From: an uncultured Nitrososphaeraceae archaeon
Lineage (GTDB): Archaea; Thermoproteota; Nitrososphaeria; Nitrososphaerales; Nitrososphaeraceae
NCBI GenBank assembly: GCA_963729045.1
Contig: CAVSMN010000012.1
Coordinates: 96,001 to 160,000, forward strand
Direction of reading: 5' to 3'
Length of the DNA stretch: 64,000 bases
A program made the position numbers and the translations under genes. The notes under the pieces are model-generated. The model saw nothing but the letters and a program-made list of their open reading frames with translations. It made no database searches and had not been told where the DNA came from. This document shows, piece by piece, positions 11,189 to 23,356 of this stretch. Position 1 is the stretch's first letter; every line of letters starts with the position of its first letter.

Positions 11189-11320
11189 TCAGGTAGTCCA
11201 TTGACCAATTCTTTCGCATTTAGGACACTGTCTTCTATTGATAAATTGCTCTACGGTTTCGTCGATTTCTGGCTCAATAATAATTTGTTCTCCACAATAA
11301 CATTTCATCATTTCAAGCAT
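11189..11320 (-). CDS. Putative 43-aa zinc-finger microprotein (below the ORF-track cutoff)
   Basis: Manual translation MLEMMKCYCGEQIIIEPEIDETVEQFINRRQCPKCERIGQWTT*; CxC and CPKC knuckles. Confidence 0.6.
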   Translation of the reverse strand: MLEMMKCYCGEQIIIEPEIDETVEQFINRRQCPKCERIGQWTT

Positions 11321-11626
11321 ATACATAGCCAAACTTCCTATGTATTATAGTTTATTTCAAATATCGACTATATGGACACTAATAGCAGAGGTTATTCTAA
11401 AACAAGGAAATGATCCAAATGCACGACCTTAATAATCCGAGGGCATTCTATCTTGAAGAGAATACAATTACCATCACAATTTGACAAATCATGAAAACCC
11501 TGGTGCTATTCTTGTAAAAATTTTGCCATTTAAGACTTGACAGGTGTTTTGCAAGCTCTTTGTTTAACCGTGTTAAATCAATTATCGAAACTAAACAGCT
11601 TATTATATTTTGTTGAACATTTAAAT

Positions 11627-11800
11627 ATGAACAGCAGATTGTCAAACGAAAATAATGAAAATCTAGAGGAATCGCAAGAGAACCAAAAAAAAATTGGTTC
11701 TGCTGAGAAAGACCCACAAACAACTGGCCCATCTGAAAACCTTAGAGAAGAAGCACTCGAAGAGACCGATACAGAAAACACGGATAAGGAGCCAGCTTAA
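11627..11800 (+). CDS. Small acidic hydrophilic protein (57 aa)
   Basis: ATG at 11627; E/N/T-rich MNSRLSNENNENLEESQENQKKIGSAEKDPQTTGPSENLREEA...; T-tract after the stop. Confidence 0.6.
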   Translation: MNSRLSNENNENLEESQENQKKIGSAEKDPQTTGPSENLREEALEETDTENTDKEPA

Positions 11801-12288
11801 TCTTTTTTTAGCTTACATCACCGCAGTGTTGATGCGCGTAATCATATAATTGGTAAAGATATATGAAATAGTAAAGAATTGATACCAAAATAAACTAAAT
11901 TCAATTGATGAGCCATTTTTATTGATATTGATAATAGTGTTTGACTATACCTTATTATTTACCTGCCTCTACTTTCTTGATTTTACATATACAGAAAATA
12001 ATTATTGTATGTTGAATTTAATTCTGAAATTAATAGTCGAGGCTAAATACTGTAAAATGTTAATTGTTAATCTAGGTTTTTTAATAAAATAACATCTATT
12101 TTATTAATTTCTTGCTTAAGCAAAAATTTTGATATTTTTATATCTACTCTGAAGATGATATGTAAGATCGTGATATCGATATCAAGTATCATCTATAAAG
12201 AGCACATCCAAATAGGTAGGGTTAAGCACAACAGATTTAAATAAACCGTCGATGCTCCTTTCAAAGATAAGAAATTTTTAACTTAGAC

Positions 12289-13494
12289 TTGTACAAGATT
12301 AAGGAGGCTCAAAACCTACTAACAAAATATGACATCAGGAGGACAGATTTGATAAAATCTGCAACTTTTTCTAAATTAAATGGTAACAACGTATATCTGA
12401 AACTTGAATGCCTTCAGAAAACTGGGTCTTTTAAAGTTAGAGGTGCGATGGTAAAAATTCATAATATGTCAGATGAGTTAAAAAAGAATGGGGTAATTGC
12501 AGCGTCGGCTGGAAATCATGCTCAAGCAGTAGCTTTTGCTTCTAAATTTTATAATATTTCTTGCACTATTATTATGCCCAAAAATGCATCTCCTAGTAAA
12601 ATTGTTGCCACAAAGTCATACGGGGCCAAAGTGATTTTGGAAGGAAACAACTACGATGAGTCTGCTAGTTCTGTCAAAGATTATGCAGAAAAGGAAAATA
12701 AAACTATTATTCCTGCTTTTGAAGATCCAGACATAATTTCTGGACAAGGAACAATCGGCTTGGAAATTATGGAAGACTTAGAAGAAGTAGATGAGGTTTA
12801 TGTTCCTATAGGAGGCGGCGGTTTGATTGCGGGAATATCGATTGCAATAAAATCAATCAATCCGAGAGTCAAAATTATTGGTGTTGAATCTACTGCTTTT
12901 CCGACTATGAAAAAATCAATTTCTACAAATAAGATAACAAAAGCAAAAGAAGGTTACACAATAGCTGATGGTATATCTATCAAATCTCCTGGTAAACTTA
13001 CTTTTGAAATCGTAAAAAAACATGTTGATAATATTGTATTGATAGATGATAGTGCAATTGTAAAGACGATGTTTTTATTGATGGAACGATCAAAAATCGT
13101 ATCAGAACCTGCTGGTGCAGCTGCTCTTGCTTACCTTATTTCGAAGAAGAAAAGCAGGGAACAAGGTAAGAATTTGGTCTCTATCATTTCTGGTGGAAAT
13201 GTAGACATGTATCTTTTGGGACAAATCGTTGCAAAAGGCTTGATGCAAACAGGTAGATTATTGAAAATATTTGTAGATCTTAATGACAAACCTGGAGCCC
13301 TGAAAAAAATTGTTGATGAAATTTCAAAGGCTAGTGTGAATATAGTGGAAGTAGAACATGATCGACTTAGTTCAAATATTCCTGCTGGTACTGCAGGTGT
13401 ATACTTGAGTTTGGAGTTAGAGAGCAAGAACCAAGCCAATACATTATTAGATTTATTTAGAAAAGAAAAAATAAATTTTGAAATAGTACAATAG
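12289..13494 (+). CDS. ilvA: Threonine ammonia-lyase (PLP) with C-terminal ACT domain
   Basis: TGSFKVRG PLP lysine, ASAGNHAQ, PIGGGGLI, SGGN, ACT motif DKPGAL. Confidence 0.92.
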   Translation: MYKIKEAQNLLTKYDIRRTDLIKSATFSKLNGNNVYLKLECLQKTGSFKVRGAMVKIHNMSDELKKNGVIAASAGNHAQAVAFASKFYNISCTIIMPKNASPSKIVATKSYGAKVILEGNNYDESASSVKDYAEKENKTIIPAFEDPDIISGQGTIGLEIMEDLEEVDEVYVPIGGGGLIAGISIAIKSINPRVKIIGVESTAFPTMKKSISTNKITKAKEGYTIADGISIKSPGKLTFEIVKKHVDNIVLIDDSAIVKTMFLLMERSKIVSEPAGAAALAYLISKKKSREQGKNLVSIISGGNVDMYLLGQIVAKGLMQTGRLLKIFVDLNDKPGALKKIVDEISKASVNIVEVEHDRLSSNIPAGTAGVYLSLELESKNQANTLLDLFRKEKINFEIVQ

Positions 13495-13508
13495 GACTAA
13501 AAGTCCTA
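13492..13508. terminator. 7-bp inverted repeat between convergent ilvA and SDR genes
   Basis: TAGGACT-AAA-AGTCCTA. Confidence 0.35.
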
Positions 13509-13549
13509 CACTTATTATATGTGCTCACAAAAAATATGATTTTTGGCTA

Positions 13550-14350
13550 CTAAATTAGTACCGTTCCACCATCTATAACGATTGTATTCCCAGTTGCATA
13601 GGAGAAATTATCGTCTGCTAGGGTCGCAGCAACCTTTGCGACTTCTTTAGGTTTACCCCATCTTTTCATAGGTGATTCCAGAGCGGCCTTTATTATTATT
13701 TGTTCAGTCATTGAATCTAATGTAGCAGGTGTAGCAATATTGCCTAAAGCCAGGGTATATGCTCTTATGCCAAAGCTACTGTACTCCTTGGCGATACATT
13801 TTGTCAATGTTATGTTTCCAGATTTTGCGATGGAATATGGGAAACCTCCCACACGTCCGGAAATAGCCGGAGTAGAGGAAATATTAATTATAACACCGCC
13901 GCCGGCTTTTCTATCTCCTGTTATGTTACCATTTTGGCTTTCATTAGATGAATTTTTTATCATTATTGGAAGGACAGCTCGACAAAGTCTTATTGACCCA
14001 AACAAGTCGACGCTAATTATCTTTTCAAGCTCGTCATTTGATCCCTCATGTATTTTCTTGTTCCATATTGTATCGTCATATGGATAGCCAGAATTATTTA
14101 CCAGGATGTCAATCTTATGATATCTGTTCATAACGATTTTGATAAATTCTGTTACGCTTGATTCATTGGTGACGTCGACTTCGAGTGCAAGTGCTGTACC
14201 TCCTATCTTTGCGGCAGCAGTCTTGGATTGATCTAGATTTCGAGAACATACTATGACTATAGCGCCTCTCTCTGAAAATTCCTTTGCTATCTCAAATCCA
14301 ATACCTTTACTTGAACCAGTAACTATGGCTACTTTGTCTAAAAGTGACAT
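13550..14350 (-). CDS. Short-chain dehydrogenase/reductase (FabG-like)
   Basis: TGSSKGIG, VNNSG, NISS, YSIAK, DGG. Confidence 0.9.
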   Translation of the reverse strand: MSLLDKVAIVTGSSKGIGFEIAKEFSERGAIVIVCSRNLDQSKTAAAKIGGTALALEVDVTNESSVTEFIKIVMNRYHKIDILVNNSGYPYDDTIWNKKIHEGSNDELEKIISVDLFGSIRLCRAVLPIMIKNSSNESQNGNITGDRKAGGGVIINISSTPAISGRVGGFPYSIAKSGNITLTKCIAKEYSSFGIRAYTLALGNIATPATLDSMTEQIIIKAALESPMKRWGKPKEVAKVAATLADDNFSYATGNTIVIDGGTVLI

Positions 14351-14597
14351 TTTACTAATATGATCATATAATCTTTATATTTGATACTTTACCAATTACT
14401 CCAATAGCTGATACAACAAGTCTCTGATGGATAATAATAAAGTTTAGTCAAAAACAAAGGATGTTTGAATAAAGAAAATCATGCTAAATTAAAAAGTTTC
14501 ACTGCAGTGAAATCTTTAGCAATGGAATTGGCCAACCTTTGATGTGGTTACGGTCTTAAATCCAACAAACTAATATTTAAAAAAAGCATCCAAACAG

Positions 14598-15605
14598 CTA
14601 ATCCTTTGAAGTAGGGCTAGTATTTGAATTGTTAAATATGTCCTCTTTAGTAAAAATCCATTGTTTACGCTTAAAAAAAATCAATAGCAATATCGAAATT
14701 AATGCCATTGTAACTAGGACTATTAACAACCCTTGAGGGATATCACTTAATTTTGTCAAGTCCAATCCGTTCATTCCGTATATTCCTGCTATAAGGGTTA
14801 AGGGTAGAAGTATTACACTAAAAACGGTTAGGATCCGCATTGTATCATTAAGTTGTAACGAGATATTTGCCATGTATAGATCTCGTGTTGAATTAATAGT
14901 ATCTCCATATGATTCTACCAAGTCAATCAGCTGTCCTATGTCATCATATGCAATTTGTAAATACCTAATTTCATTGTCTTGGTTCTGCGTATGAGTTAGA
15001 AAGTTTATAGCGTCTCTTGTATACCAAAAATGCCTTCTTATTACTATAGTTTGTTTTGCCACCACATCCAAATAATTGAGCATATTTTTTGAAGGCTTTT
15101 TGTATAATGATTTTTGTTCAAAATCTGTGATAGTAAGCTCAATTGCAGTTAATATCTGTTCATATCTTGATATTATTTCGTCTATAATTGTATAATAAAG
15201 TGCATTAATATTTGAGGCAAATAATTTTGTGTTCTTCTTTTCTAGAATATCTTTAACGGTTGAAAATATTTTGACTTCAGATGAATGTATAGTAATTATC
15301 CAATTCTGGCCAACATAAATATAGATACCTTCTACTATCAATTGTTTAATAGTTTTAAACCGGATATCTAATATTATGCTAAATATGTAATTATCAAGCA
15401 TTCTTATTTGAGGTTTCTTTGTTTTTTGACCAATCAGCCTTAGACTATCTTCATCTAGATCATATTCTTTCGCAATAGATTGAAGGTCTTCAGGGGATGG
15501 ATCACATATATCAATCCATAATTTGTCGGATTCTGAGTCTGATGATCTTACCTGTTCTTTTCTTATTCCCTTCGAATTATAGTAAATATGTTGCTTTGCT
15601 TGCAA
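14598..15605 (-). CDS. corA: CorA family Mg2+/Co2+ transporter
   Basis: LNDTMRILT...AGIYGMN signature followed by a second TM helix. Confidence 0.9.
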   Translation of the reverse strand: MQAKQHIYYNSKGIRKEQVRSSDSESDKLWIDICDPSPEDLQSIAKEYDLDEDSLRLIGQKTKKPQIRMLDNYIFSIILDIRFKTIKQLIVEGIYIYVGQNWIITIHSSEVKIFSTVKDILEKKNTKLFASNINALYYTIIDEIISRYEQILTAIELTITDFEQKSLYKKPSKNMLNYLDVVAKQTIVIRRHFWYTRDAINFLTHTQNQDNEIRYLQIAYDDIGQLIDLVESYGDTINSTRDLYMANISLQLNDTMRILTVFSVILLPLTLIAGIYGMNGLDLTKLSDIPQGLLIVLVTMALISILLLIFFKRKQWIFTKEDIFNNSNTSPTSKD

Positions 15606-15700
15606 GGATTTGGTTTCTGATGGTATAGGATAAGAACATCTGATATTAACATGTCGTTTCTTGGTTGCATTTCTTTTATATTCACTTTTTTTATTTTAGA

Positions 15701-16072
15701 TTATTTATCAGGATACTTTTCTTTTAAATTATTCATAAATTGACTGTAGTCATCCTTGGACATTTCTAACTCCAATAGTTTCTCTAAAATTTTCTCTTTT
15801 CTTTCTTCACCTATTCTGTCTTGCGGAGAAGCCACAGCAAACAAAATCATGAGGCCACCTATCTGCCATGATAACTGTAAAAATTCAGATTGCCAATTCT
15901 CCATAGTTTGTCTAATGAACTCATTCCAAAAGAGATTCATTGCAACTGGTTGACCATGTTCGTACTGTTCTTCTATAAATTGATTATATGCAGTAATTCC
16001 GTGTAGAAGCCATGTTATTGCAAAAAACATAATAGTAACGTACAGATAACCTCGTTTCTTGAATTCTCTCAT
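15701..16072 (-). CDS. DUF6766-like membrane protein
   Basis: ENWQSEFLQ motif with two hydrophobic segments. Confidence 0.65.
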   Translation of the reverse strand: MREFKKRGYLYVTIMFFAITWLLHGITAYNQFIEEQYEHGQPVAMNLFWNEFIRQTMENWQSEFLQLSWQIGGLMILFAVASPQDRIGEERKEKILEKLLELEMSKDDYSQFMNNLKEKYPDK

Positions 16073-16252
16073 GTAAAATAAATATCAACTTTGTTAAAAT
16101 ACTGTTATGAAAATTTATTTATCGGCAACAAGGCCACATTGCTAAAAATATTAGTTTATCAAATTAGTTATTTTGTCTTAAACATTAAAAAATCGAAAAA
16201 GAATTAGAAATATAGAAAAGGTGTTGATGAATGTATATTTTAGTTCCTATAG

Positions 16253-16696
16253 TTATCTTAATCCTAATGCATCCTTCAAATCTATCTCGTGATCTTGTTC
16301 TTGGGCAATAATTCCTCTCAGAATTTCTGATAAAGCATATTCACCTGCTTGTTCGGCCTGTCTGATTCTTTCTCTGTAGTTTTTTATGGTTTCCTGTTCT
16401 GCACGAAGATCAATTTCTAACATTTCTTTTGGATTCTCAGATGATTCAGCTTCTTTACCCTTTGTTGTAGGGGTTCCACCCAAATAATCAATTTGTTTTG
16501 CAACCTTTAACGCATGTTGTAATTCATCAGATGCATGCTTTTCTAATTGAGCTGCAATATTTCCATATTCTGCACCTTTTAAAGTAGAACTAAATACTAC
16601 ATACTGAATTATTGCTTTATATTCTCTGGCAAGATCCTCATTTAGTCCATTAATAATTGACTTCTTATCTGTAGATGAAATATTTTCGCTAGTCAC
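16253..16696 (-). CDS. Ferritin-like / bacterioferritin-family protein
   Basis: LNEDLAREYKAIIQY, DELQHA, IDYLGG, EQDH di-iron ExxH motifs. Confidence 0.88.
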   Translation of the reverse strand: MTSENISSTDKKSIINGLNEDLAREYKAIIQYVVFSSTLKGAEYGNIAAQLEKHASDELQHALKVAKQIDYLGGTPTTKGKEAESSENPKEMLEIDLRAEQETIKNYRERIRQAEQAGEYALSEILRGIIAQEQDHEIDLKDALGLR

Positions 16697-17147
16697 GGAT
16701 CACCATATATCACAAACAATATAAACACCATATAACAAAAAAATTAAGATTAATTAATCCTTCTATTTTTTCAATCTTGTTCAAATTGATTTAGCTTTAT
16801 ATGCTCAGAAGGTTCTGTAAGACAGAATCTTTAGTTTGTTAATGGCATAATTAAGCAACTTCGTCTGTATGTTGATATGTTTTAATGTTGTCAGAAAAAA
16901 ATTCCCTCAGGAGGGTTAAATTAAAAGTGACAAGTAGAATTTATATTATAATTGGATTCTAATACAGTTTATCTACACCATCCTATTTCTCCAAACTGGC
17001 ATGCATTTTGTAAATATGACTAAGTATTAGGATTATAGGATATTCAAAAAAGATAATCATAGGGGTAGTAGATCATTAAACCCATAATCTTTAGACCATG
17101 ATTATAAAGCCATCGGAGGCATCAATAATATGGGTTCAAATATTCCA

Positions 17148-18941
17148 TTAAACATCTGACACCGGAAGTTTGGTATTAGCTGGTCCATTTATTACTTCAC
17201 CATTATTATAGAACCGCGATCCATGACAAGGACAATCAAATGATGTTTCTAGGGGATTCCATGTTAAGGTACATCCTAGATGAGTGCATTTAGCTGAATA
17301 TGCATGAATTTGTCCGTGTTTATCTTTGAAGATTGCAATTGGATTTTTTGGATCGTCATCAATAATAGCTCCTTCGTTTAATAAAAGAGATTCAATTTTG
17401 GATTTGTTTTGGAAATTATTAATTGAAGTGGGATTATCCTCAGACTTCTGATTTGATTTGCTATTGCTGTTGTTGGTGTCCTTTTTTGTAGATTTGTTAT
17501 CTTCCTTGTTATCGATATTTCTAATTGTTCTAGAAGGATTGTACAACCAAGTCCATTTATTTTGTTTTTCCAGTATTAAATCAGACAATAGAATTCCTGC
17601 TATTGTTCCATAGGTCATTCCGTTACCAGAATCTCCGGTAGCAATATAGATTTTCTTATTCTTGACTTCGTTTTCACCATTAGGATTTTCACCTATAAAA
17701 GCTAATGAATCGATAGGTTCCATAACTTGTCCAGACCATTTATACAAAATCTTCTCAATTGGGAAGCGTTCTTTTGCCCATGCTTCAAGGAAAGTGTGTC
17801 TATCTTCAATGTCGTTTTCGTTACCCGTTTTATGATCTTCACCCCCTATAATTAGCAATTCATATTCATCAGTATTATTTTTCTTTTTCTCATTGTTGGA
17901 TTCCAGTTCATTGTTACTAGGATTGTTCGAAGAGTAAGCGTTCCGATCTTTTTCTAATTTTTGAATTCGAACATAATGATAGGGTTTGATAGTGTTTGTT
18001 GAATTCATATTCCCTGTATCCCAGTATAGGCCTTTTGGTACAGAACCCTTCTTTATCATCGCTCCAATCGCATAAGTTCTATATGGAATTTGTTTATCGT
18101 AAATTTTACTAACTTTATCTACAATGGGAGCGTTGGTTGCTATGATTATGTTTTTGGTATTGATCTGATAATCATCTGAAGTTTTTATACAATTTTCAGA
18201 AACTTCGTGTACATGAGTTTCCGTAAAGATTTCCCCATTATTAGTTAAAATTGATTTAGATAATCCTCGAAGATATTTTAACGGATGAAATTGAGCCTGA
18301 TGTGGAAACTTGACGCAAGGTCCTGTATCAAAAGAAGTCAATGGAGATCTGGGAATTAATTCAGTCAAAATCCCAGACCGACGGGTAGCTTCATATTCTT
18401 TTTCTAATGTTTCTCTATCATCTTCAGAGCTTAAGAACAGATACCCGTTTAGCCTCTCAAAATCACATTCTATTTTTTCATCCTCAACCACCGATTCTAT
18501 AAAATTAATGGCTTTAGTATGACTTTCAGCTGCCAAGACCGCTCCGTCTTTACCAAACAATTTCTCTAAATTAAAATATCTGTCATCTAGAGCATGAGTA
18601 AGATGAGCAGTAGTATGTCCAGTTTCACCACTACCAATATACCCATCTTCCAAAACAGCTACACTTTTACCTGCTTTTGATAGGTTATATGCCGCTGATA
18701 AACCGGCTATACCTCCTCCTATTATGGCAACATCTACTGTAATATTTCTCCTTAATTTATCAAATTTAAGGGGTTCATCAACCCCGGAAAACCAGGAAGA
18801 TAATTCATTGACATTAGTAGATGATTCTTTAAGGCTATCAACCATTTTCATGCTCAAATCTAATAGCATAACAAACTTTTTATGATCCATTCTTTTCTTA
18901 TCTTGAGGATCATTCAAAATACGAGATCTAAGATAAAGCAA
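17148..18941 (-). CDS. FAD-dependent oxidoreductase with C-terminal Rieske [2Fe-2S] domain (YhfW-like); true start may be further downstream
   Basis: [24 protein letters not shown], Rieske CTHLGC...CPCHGS. Confidence 0.9.
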   Translation of the reverse strand: MLYLRSRILNDPQDKKRMDHKKFVMLLDLSMKMVDSLKESSTNVNELSSWFSGVDEPLKFDKLRRNITVDVAIIGGGIAGLSAAYNLSKAGKSVAVLEDGYIGSGETGHTTAHLTHALDDRYFNLEKLFGKDGAVLAAESHTKAINFIESVVEDEKIECDFERLNGYLFLSSEDDRETLEKEYEATRRSGILTELIPRSPLTSFDTGPCVKFPHQAQFHPLKYLRGLSKSILTNNGEIFTETHVHEVSENCIKTSDDYQINTKNIIIATNAPIVDKVSKIYDKQIPYRTYAIGAMIKKGSVPKGLYWDTGNMNSTNTIKPYHYVRIQKLEKDRNAYSSNNPSNNELESNNEKKKNNTDEYELLIIGGEDHKTGNENDIEDRHTFLEAWAKERFPIEKILYKWSGQVMEPIDSLAFIGENPNGENEVKNKKIYIATGDSGNGMTYGTIAGILLSDLILEKQNKWTWLYNPSRTIRNIDNKEDNKSTKKDTNNSNSKSNQKSEDNPTSINNFQNKSKIESLLLNEGAIIDDDPKNPIAIFKDKHGQIHAYSAKCTHLGCTLTWNPLETSFDCPCHGSRFYNNGEVINGPANTKLPVSDV

Positions 18942-19451
18942 CTGTTAATGATATTTGTTTAATTAAATAGACAAGTATACAATCGGCTTCCAAAAAGTCA
19001 TTTTTCTACTGCCAATATAGTTTAAACAATCCATATGCAATCGGCTGATGATAATTATCTGATTCTATCATCTTTAATTAGCACTCATCTGCCACAAGGA
19101 ATTTAAATTCCACAAACGAGGACTATGCCGAATGCAGAGCCAATTTAATAGATTCGCCATAAATCTAAAATCTTGATGTGAATTGGGTAAATATTCCTCA
19201 TGTTTGTTACTGAAAACGAATTTGTCATATACATATATTTATCTCGTCAAATTTGATATTGCCGCACAAGGGCTCATTTTCGAAACCCCAGATCTATAAA
19301 GAAGGATGATGGAACCTAAAAATGTGATCCAATAATTCAATTAGCATGCATAGCAGTAAAGAAAACAAGCGGTTACTATGATGCTTTAATCCAATAATAT
19401 AGCACCATGATATTTGTTGTCATATTTATAATATGTTTAATAAATGAGATC

Positions 19452-20061
19452 ATGAGCTCAAATATTGATTGGATGGATGTAATAAAAAAAGAAGCAAGGG
19501 GATTAAACGATGCTGACTTTGGGGAAGTTCAAGAAGTTTCTAATGGTCTGGTTTTAACTCAAAGGGGTATTAGTAAATAGGGAACTTTTCAGTATTCCAC
19601 AAAGTGTAGTAGAAAGTTATGATGGAAAAGTTCTTAGATTTAATATATCTGAGATCGAAGCAGTCGACAAATATAAAAAACTTTTCGAGCCAAAACCACC
19701 AGAAGTTGCCACAAGGGCTGACGCTGAACTTGACAAAGCATCTATTAATACCGATTCAACGAAAATAGATGTAGCAATAGATGAGGCTGTAGATGATACT
19801 GTTAAGGATGCTCTTATCCAACCAACAAAAGAAGAAGCAGAATTAGAAACAGAAAAAGAAGTGGAAAAAGAAGTTGCGGCATTAAATAAGGAAACCGATA
19901 TAGAAAATGAGGCTGTTGACTCTACCACAACCAAGGACCAGATTCCTCCTGATAATACTTTCCAAGTTCCTACGCGTAAGAACGACAAGTCATCAAAACT
20001 TTTAATAGAAGATAATGAAGAAGAAACCCCCTTAAAGAAAGAAGAAGCAGGAATAGCCTGA
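19452..20061 (+). CDS. PRC-barrel-like protein with long acidic tail; frameshift near 19572
   Basis: MSSNIDWMDVIKKEARGLNDADFGEVQEV..., then NRELFSIPQSVVESYDGKVLRF in the next frame; paralog of 23117-23356. Confidence 0.72.
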
Positions 20062-20658
20062 AAATACATTTTATCATCGTTTATTTAGATACTCATCTAT
20101 TTCATTTACATTATCAATAGACCCATGCAAAGTTTAAATTAGAAAACAAATTTGGATTAGAAAGTATCAGATAAGAGGTCCCATTTAATTCTTTTAGAGA
20201 ATTTGCATAAAGGGATTTTTCATCCTCAATAGATGTTAACTCCCATTTCCTTGTTCAATCAATATTAAATAGCATTGAGAAAGATTCCTCTATCTTTGAC
20301 TGAAAGCCAAAGGCGTATGCTACGTATTATATCCTAATGACCTTAATTACATTTGCGCACAGAATTTTCTATTATATTAACTAGTATACAAGATAGATTC
20401 GCTATTTCAATGAGGGCTTAAAGTTAAATTGTCTCGGTTAATATTATCTTATATTTTATATAAAGTAAGGATTCATCATGGAATTTCTCAAAATTTTTAT
20501 TGGATGATACGCGATCAAGGTACGACACAAATCCCAGTCCTATATTACATTAAGAAAAAAATTAATTCGTATCAATAGTTTCATATTTTCTGCAGGCTGT
20601 CTATTAGTATTATAAGGAATAATTTAGAAGATTATAAGTCAATACTGTATTTATATTT

Positions 20659-22570
20659 TCATTTAGGTATACTAAACACAAAAGTAGAGCCAATTCCGTC
20701 ATTATTATTAAACGCCCAAATTCTTCCCCCATGAGCCTCGACTAATTTTCTGGTAATATACAGTCCTAGACCGGTTCCAAAATCAGAATCTGTAGTAAAC
20801 TTTTGAAATAATTTTGGCATCATCTTTGAAGATATTCCTTTACCAGTATCAGATATGCCAACATATACCATGTCCTTTCTTTTTCTTTCTTCATTTTCAA
20901 TTCTTTCTTGAATCAAGTTGTCTGGAGTTGTTACTATTATTAGTACTACCAGTGGTAGAGTTTGTATGATCTAATTCTTTCCTATCCATGTTAAAGCCAA
21001 AACTGTCGTTATCTTTGATAATTATATTAATGTCATCATCTTTTTTAGAAAACTTGATAGCATTATCTACCAAATTAATTAGGATTTGATTTAGTCTCAT
21101 TTTATCCGCATGAGCCCAACAATTCTCATCTAGACTATCGTTTATAAAATTTATTTTGATTCCTTTACCTCTTATTTTTTGGCTAAATTCAAACTCAACA
21201 ATATCATTAATCTCTTTAACTAATTCTATTTTCTCTCTTTGTAGTAATATATCACCACCATTATTTGACTCAAATCTTGCTACGTCCAAAAGATTATTTG
21301 TTAAAGTATTTAATCTGAATGCATTTCTGGAAATATTTTCATGGTGCTCATGAAGTTTTACCATGATTCTTGTTAGTTCCTCAACTGTCATATTTTTTCT
21401 ATTGCTCAGGTAATTATCAAACAATTCATCATTCATTTCAGAATATCCTGTAATGGCTTGGGTGGGAGTTCGCAATTCATGTGCTGCAGTGTTGATAAAT
21501 TCATCTTTAATATCGCCTTGTTGTTTTAGTTCTTCAGAAAGAACACTTTGATTATATATCAATTCAAATATAGAGGAATAAGATAACACTGTTGATGTAC
21601 TGTTAGAATAGATTGAGAAGCCTATTGAAGCAGTAGAATCATCTTTCTGTAAATGCTTTAGTTCAATAACTATTGCTTCTTTTTTGTCTACCACCAACGA
21701 TTTTATTTTAATGTCGATGCTTGGTGCAATGTCTTGAATTTGAATATTGTTGTTAATGGTCTGGGCTAAGAGGCGATGAGATAAAGATTCTCTAATCGAA
21801 GAATCCATTGGTACGAGAATATTTATATGAAGGTTTTTTTCTATGTCCGCCTTTTCTTTCAAAAGTTCCAGCACTCCCCTTTTCTCCTGAAAATGAAATG
21901 CACTAACAGTAGAATAAATTATTAGTATTTCATTAACTGCTTTTCTAATCATTTCAAATTCTTTTTTCTCTGCTTCATTGTAGTCATTTAAAATAGTGGT
22001 AACAGAAGAGATTACTCCTTCCTCTATTTCCCTTATCCTTTGTTCTGCGGGTATCCCCTTTTCCCAGAAACTTTCAAAAACGAATTGCTGTTGTTCTACT
22101 ATTTCAGGTACATTACTAAATATAAGTTGAGATATGGGTTGGGATTTCTTAAGAGTTGCAACCCCAATGTATTCTTTTTCATCTGATACTTCAAAGTTTC
22201 CTTTCATTCCTCCTAAATGCCTAATTTCAGAAAATGCTATCATATCTTTACAATATTTTAAATTGTCTGCGGTTATCTCTGTCACATATCTGAGTTTCAC
22301 GCCTCTCTTTTTGAATGCCGCAATTCTTGCATTCTTAATTGCTTGTGTTTCTATAATTACAGAAGGTGCATCAGCACTTACACAAGAATAAATCTTCTGA
22401 TTGGATCTGTTAATAAACTCTATGATTTGATGATTTGCTATTTCTGAACCATGAAATACTTTAGTAAATGTAATTTCTTCTTCAATACTTGAATTATCTA
22501 AATCTTTAATTTCAGAGTAATCAAATGCATCAGTATTTTTACTTTTTTTAATTATTAATGCACACTCAAA
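20659..22570 (-). CDS. Sensor histidine kinase (Nitrososphaera type); frameshift near 20910, start uncertain
   Basis: H-box AAHELRTP, N-box NLVDNAIKF; G1/G2 boxes (DTGKG, GTGLGL) in the 20659-20916 ORF. The frame stays open upstream of 22300 to about 22570. Confidence 0.88.
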
Positions 22571-23116
22571 TCATTAGCATGATATACAGGATTAGTACTT
22601 TGGCACATACTATTTTATAACAATCGTATTATAATAATATATTAGCGAGACTTACAATCCGCACTTTTTTTATTGGAATACTCGATAGCTTTAACTCAAG
22701 CAACTAAGAGTTTCAAAGTAGTAAATGTATAATCAGTCTTGTATTATTCCCTTCGATCATATAAACAACTGGAAAATGAATGATATTGAACATTTATTTA
22801 ATTCAATTGTTAGTTCATTTCTATTGTATTTCTCTCATAATCACTGGACCCATATGTCAACAAAATTCATCTAATTACTATCTATTTAATATTATCAAAC
22901 TCCTACAGAAAACATAGTCGCTCGTTATTATTTGGGCTTAATATAATAAGGCCAATAATTTATACGTTATATTCGTACTTGCTATCATTGTAATCTTTTT
23001 GAAAACTTCAGAAATGAAATGGAAATGTCAGATTTGAATATTAACCTGATTTTGGATTATTATCTCTATTAAAGATTATGGTGTATCTATTTAAATGATA
23101 TTAAATAATATCAATC

Positions 23117-23356
23117 ATGAGTAACACCAATATTGACTGGAACGATGTAATTAAGAAAGAGGCCAGAGGTATCAATGACGCTGATCTTGGAGAAGTACAG
23201 GAAATCCGACTAGATAATGTTATTACAAAAGCTGGTGTAGTGGACAAAGAAGTATATTCAATTCCTAAAAATCTAGTTGAAAGATATGATGGACATAATT
23301 TATGGTTTAGGGTAACAAAGGAAGACGCTGAGAATATCTATAAAATAAAAGATTAG
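23117..23356 (+). CDS. Small PRC-barrel-like protein
   Basis: IDWNDVIKKEARGINDADLGEVQE...YSIPKNLVERYDG; leaderless TATA at about -27. Confidence 0.78.
   Translation: MSNTNIDWNDVIKKEARGINDADLGEVQEIRLDNVITKAGVVDKEVYSIPKNLVERYDGHNLWFRVTKEDAENIYKIKD

Noticed and set aside
11162..11350. 62-aa plus-strand ORF
   Set aside because: No recognisable features; the opposite-strand zinc-finger ORF is more plausible.
14598..15605. CorA as a type III CRISPR effector linked to the SAM-lyase-like ORF
   Set aside because: Ordinary-length CorA with the GMN motif, 21 kb from that ORF; no cas10 or NrN genes.
19617..20069. 150-aa Ser-rich minus-strand ORF
   Set aside because: Antisense shadow of the acidic tail of the PRC-like gene. 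Similar shadows at 13740, 38551, 55779 and 62086 were dismissed for the same reason.
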